A stretch of DNA of 64,000 nt from an uncultured Chloroflexia bacterium (lineage in GTDB: Bacteria > Chloroflexota > Limnocylindria > Limnocylindrales > CSP1-4), in NCBI GenBank assembly GCA_963827965.1, contig CAWHCW010000004.1, positions 69,029 to 133,028 of the forward strand. The letters run 5' to 3'. The position numbers and the translations under genes are program-made. Below the pieces are notes generated by a model. That model was not told where the DNA came from. It saw only the letters and a program-made list of their open reading frames with translations, and made no database searches. Shown piece by piece: positions 63,884-64,000 of the stretch (its first letter is position 1; each line of letters starts with the position of its first letter).

Positions 63884-64000
63884 GACCAGACTTCCGGGTT
63901 GACGACGTTCCTGAAGGGCCGGCCTTCCAGGAGGCAGAGGATCTCTTCCGCGATCGTGCGGGAGTGGTGGTCGGTGAGCTCCTGGGTCCATGCAGCCAGG

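Overview
Very GC-rich bacterial chromosomal segment (composition judged by eye, not computed). The GC content, frequent GTG starts, many 4-nt ATGA/GTGA start-stop overlaps and coproporphyrin-type haem genes suggest a high-GC monoderm lineage such as Actinomycetota or a Chloroflexota-like MAG, but the taxon cannot be fixed from this window. I recognise about 55 protein genes. I found no rRNA, tRNA, CRISPR array, transposase or integrase.

Modules in order:
1. A broken MmeI-type restriction-modification gene running off the left edge.
2. A hybrid PAS-PAS histidine kinase and a REC-GAF-EAL protein.
3. A Tat-exported three-subunit molybdoenzyme (PsrABC-like architecture).
4. A CDF metal exporter.
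5. A sulfide/persulfide module: ArsR-rhodanese regulator, truncated cysteine desulfurase, DsrE-like protein, SQR-like flavoprotein.
6. A copper module: OmpR/HK pair, SHOCT protein, cupredoxin, CcdA/DsbD-like protein, CopZ, CopA.
7. An MFS transporter and three small membrane proteins.
8. Three non-pyrrolysine MttB-family methyltransferases with one corrinoid protein.
9. A contiguous haem operon hemA, hemC/D, hemB, hemL, hemE, hemH, radical-SAM/SPASM gene, hemY.
10. A repeat-dense non-coding patch.
11. A homocysteine S-methyltransferase.
12. pntAA-pntAB-pntB.
13. An M3 peptidase.
14. A 12-kb sugar/amino-sugar locus: Gfo/Idh/MocA oxidoreductase, TIM-barrel isomerase, DeoC, ABC importer, ROK kinase, GntR/HutC regulator, URO-D-family protein, NagA.
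15. An ECF sigma factor and a SAM methyltransferase.

Two caveats. The long ORFs in the six-frame track (for example 494-3466, 24161-27691, 36529-41604, 47583-51131) are high-GC read-through artefacts, not genes. In roughly 30 genes the conserved protein sequence hops between frames at single-base indels, so many spans below are reconstructions stitched from several track ORFs. Starts and ends were anchored by codon arithmetic on the track.
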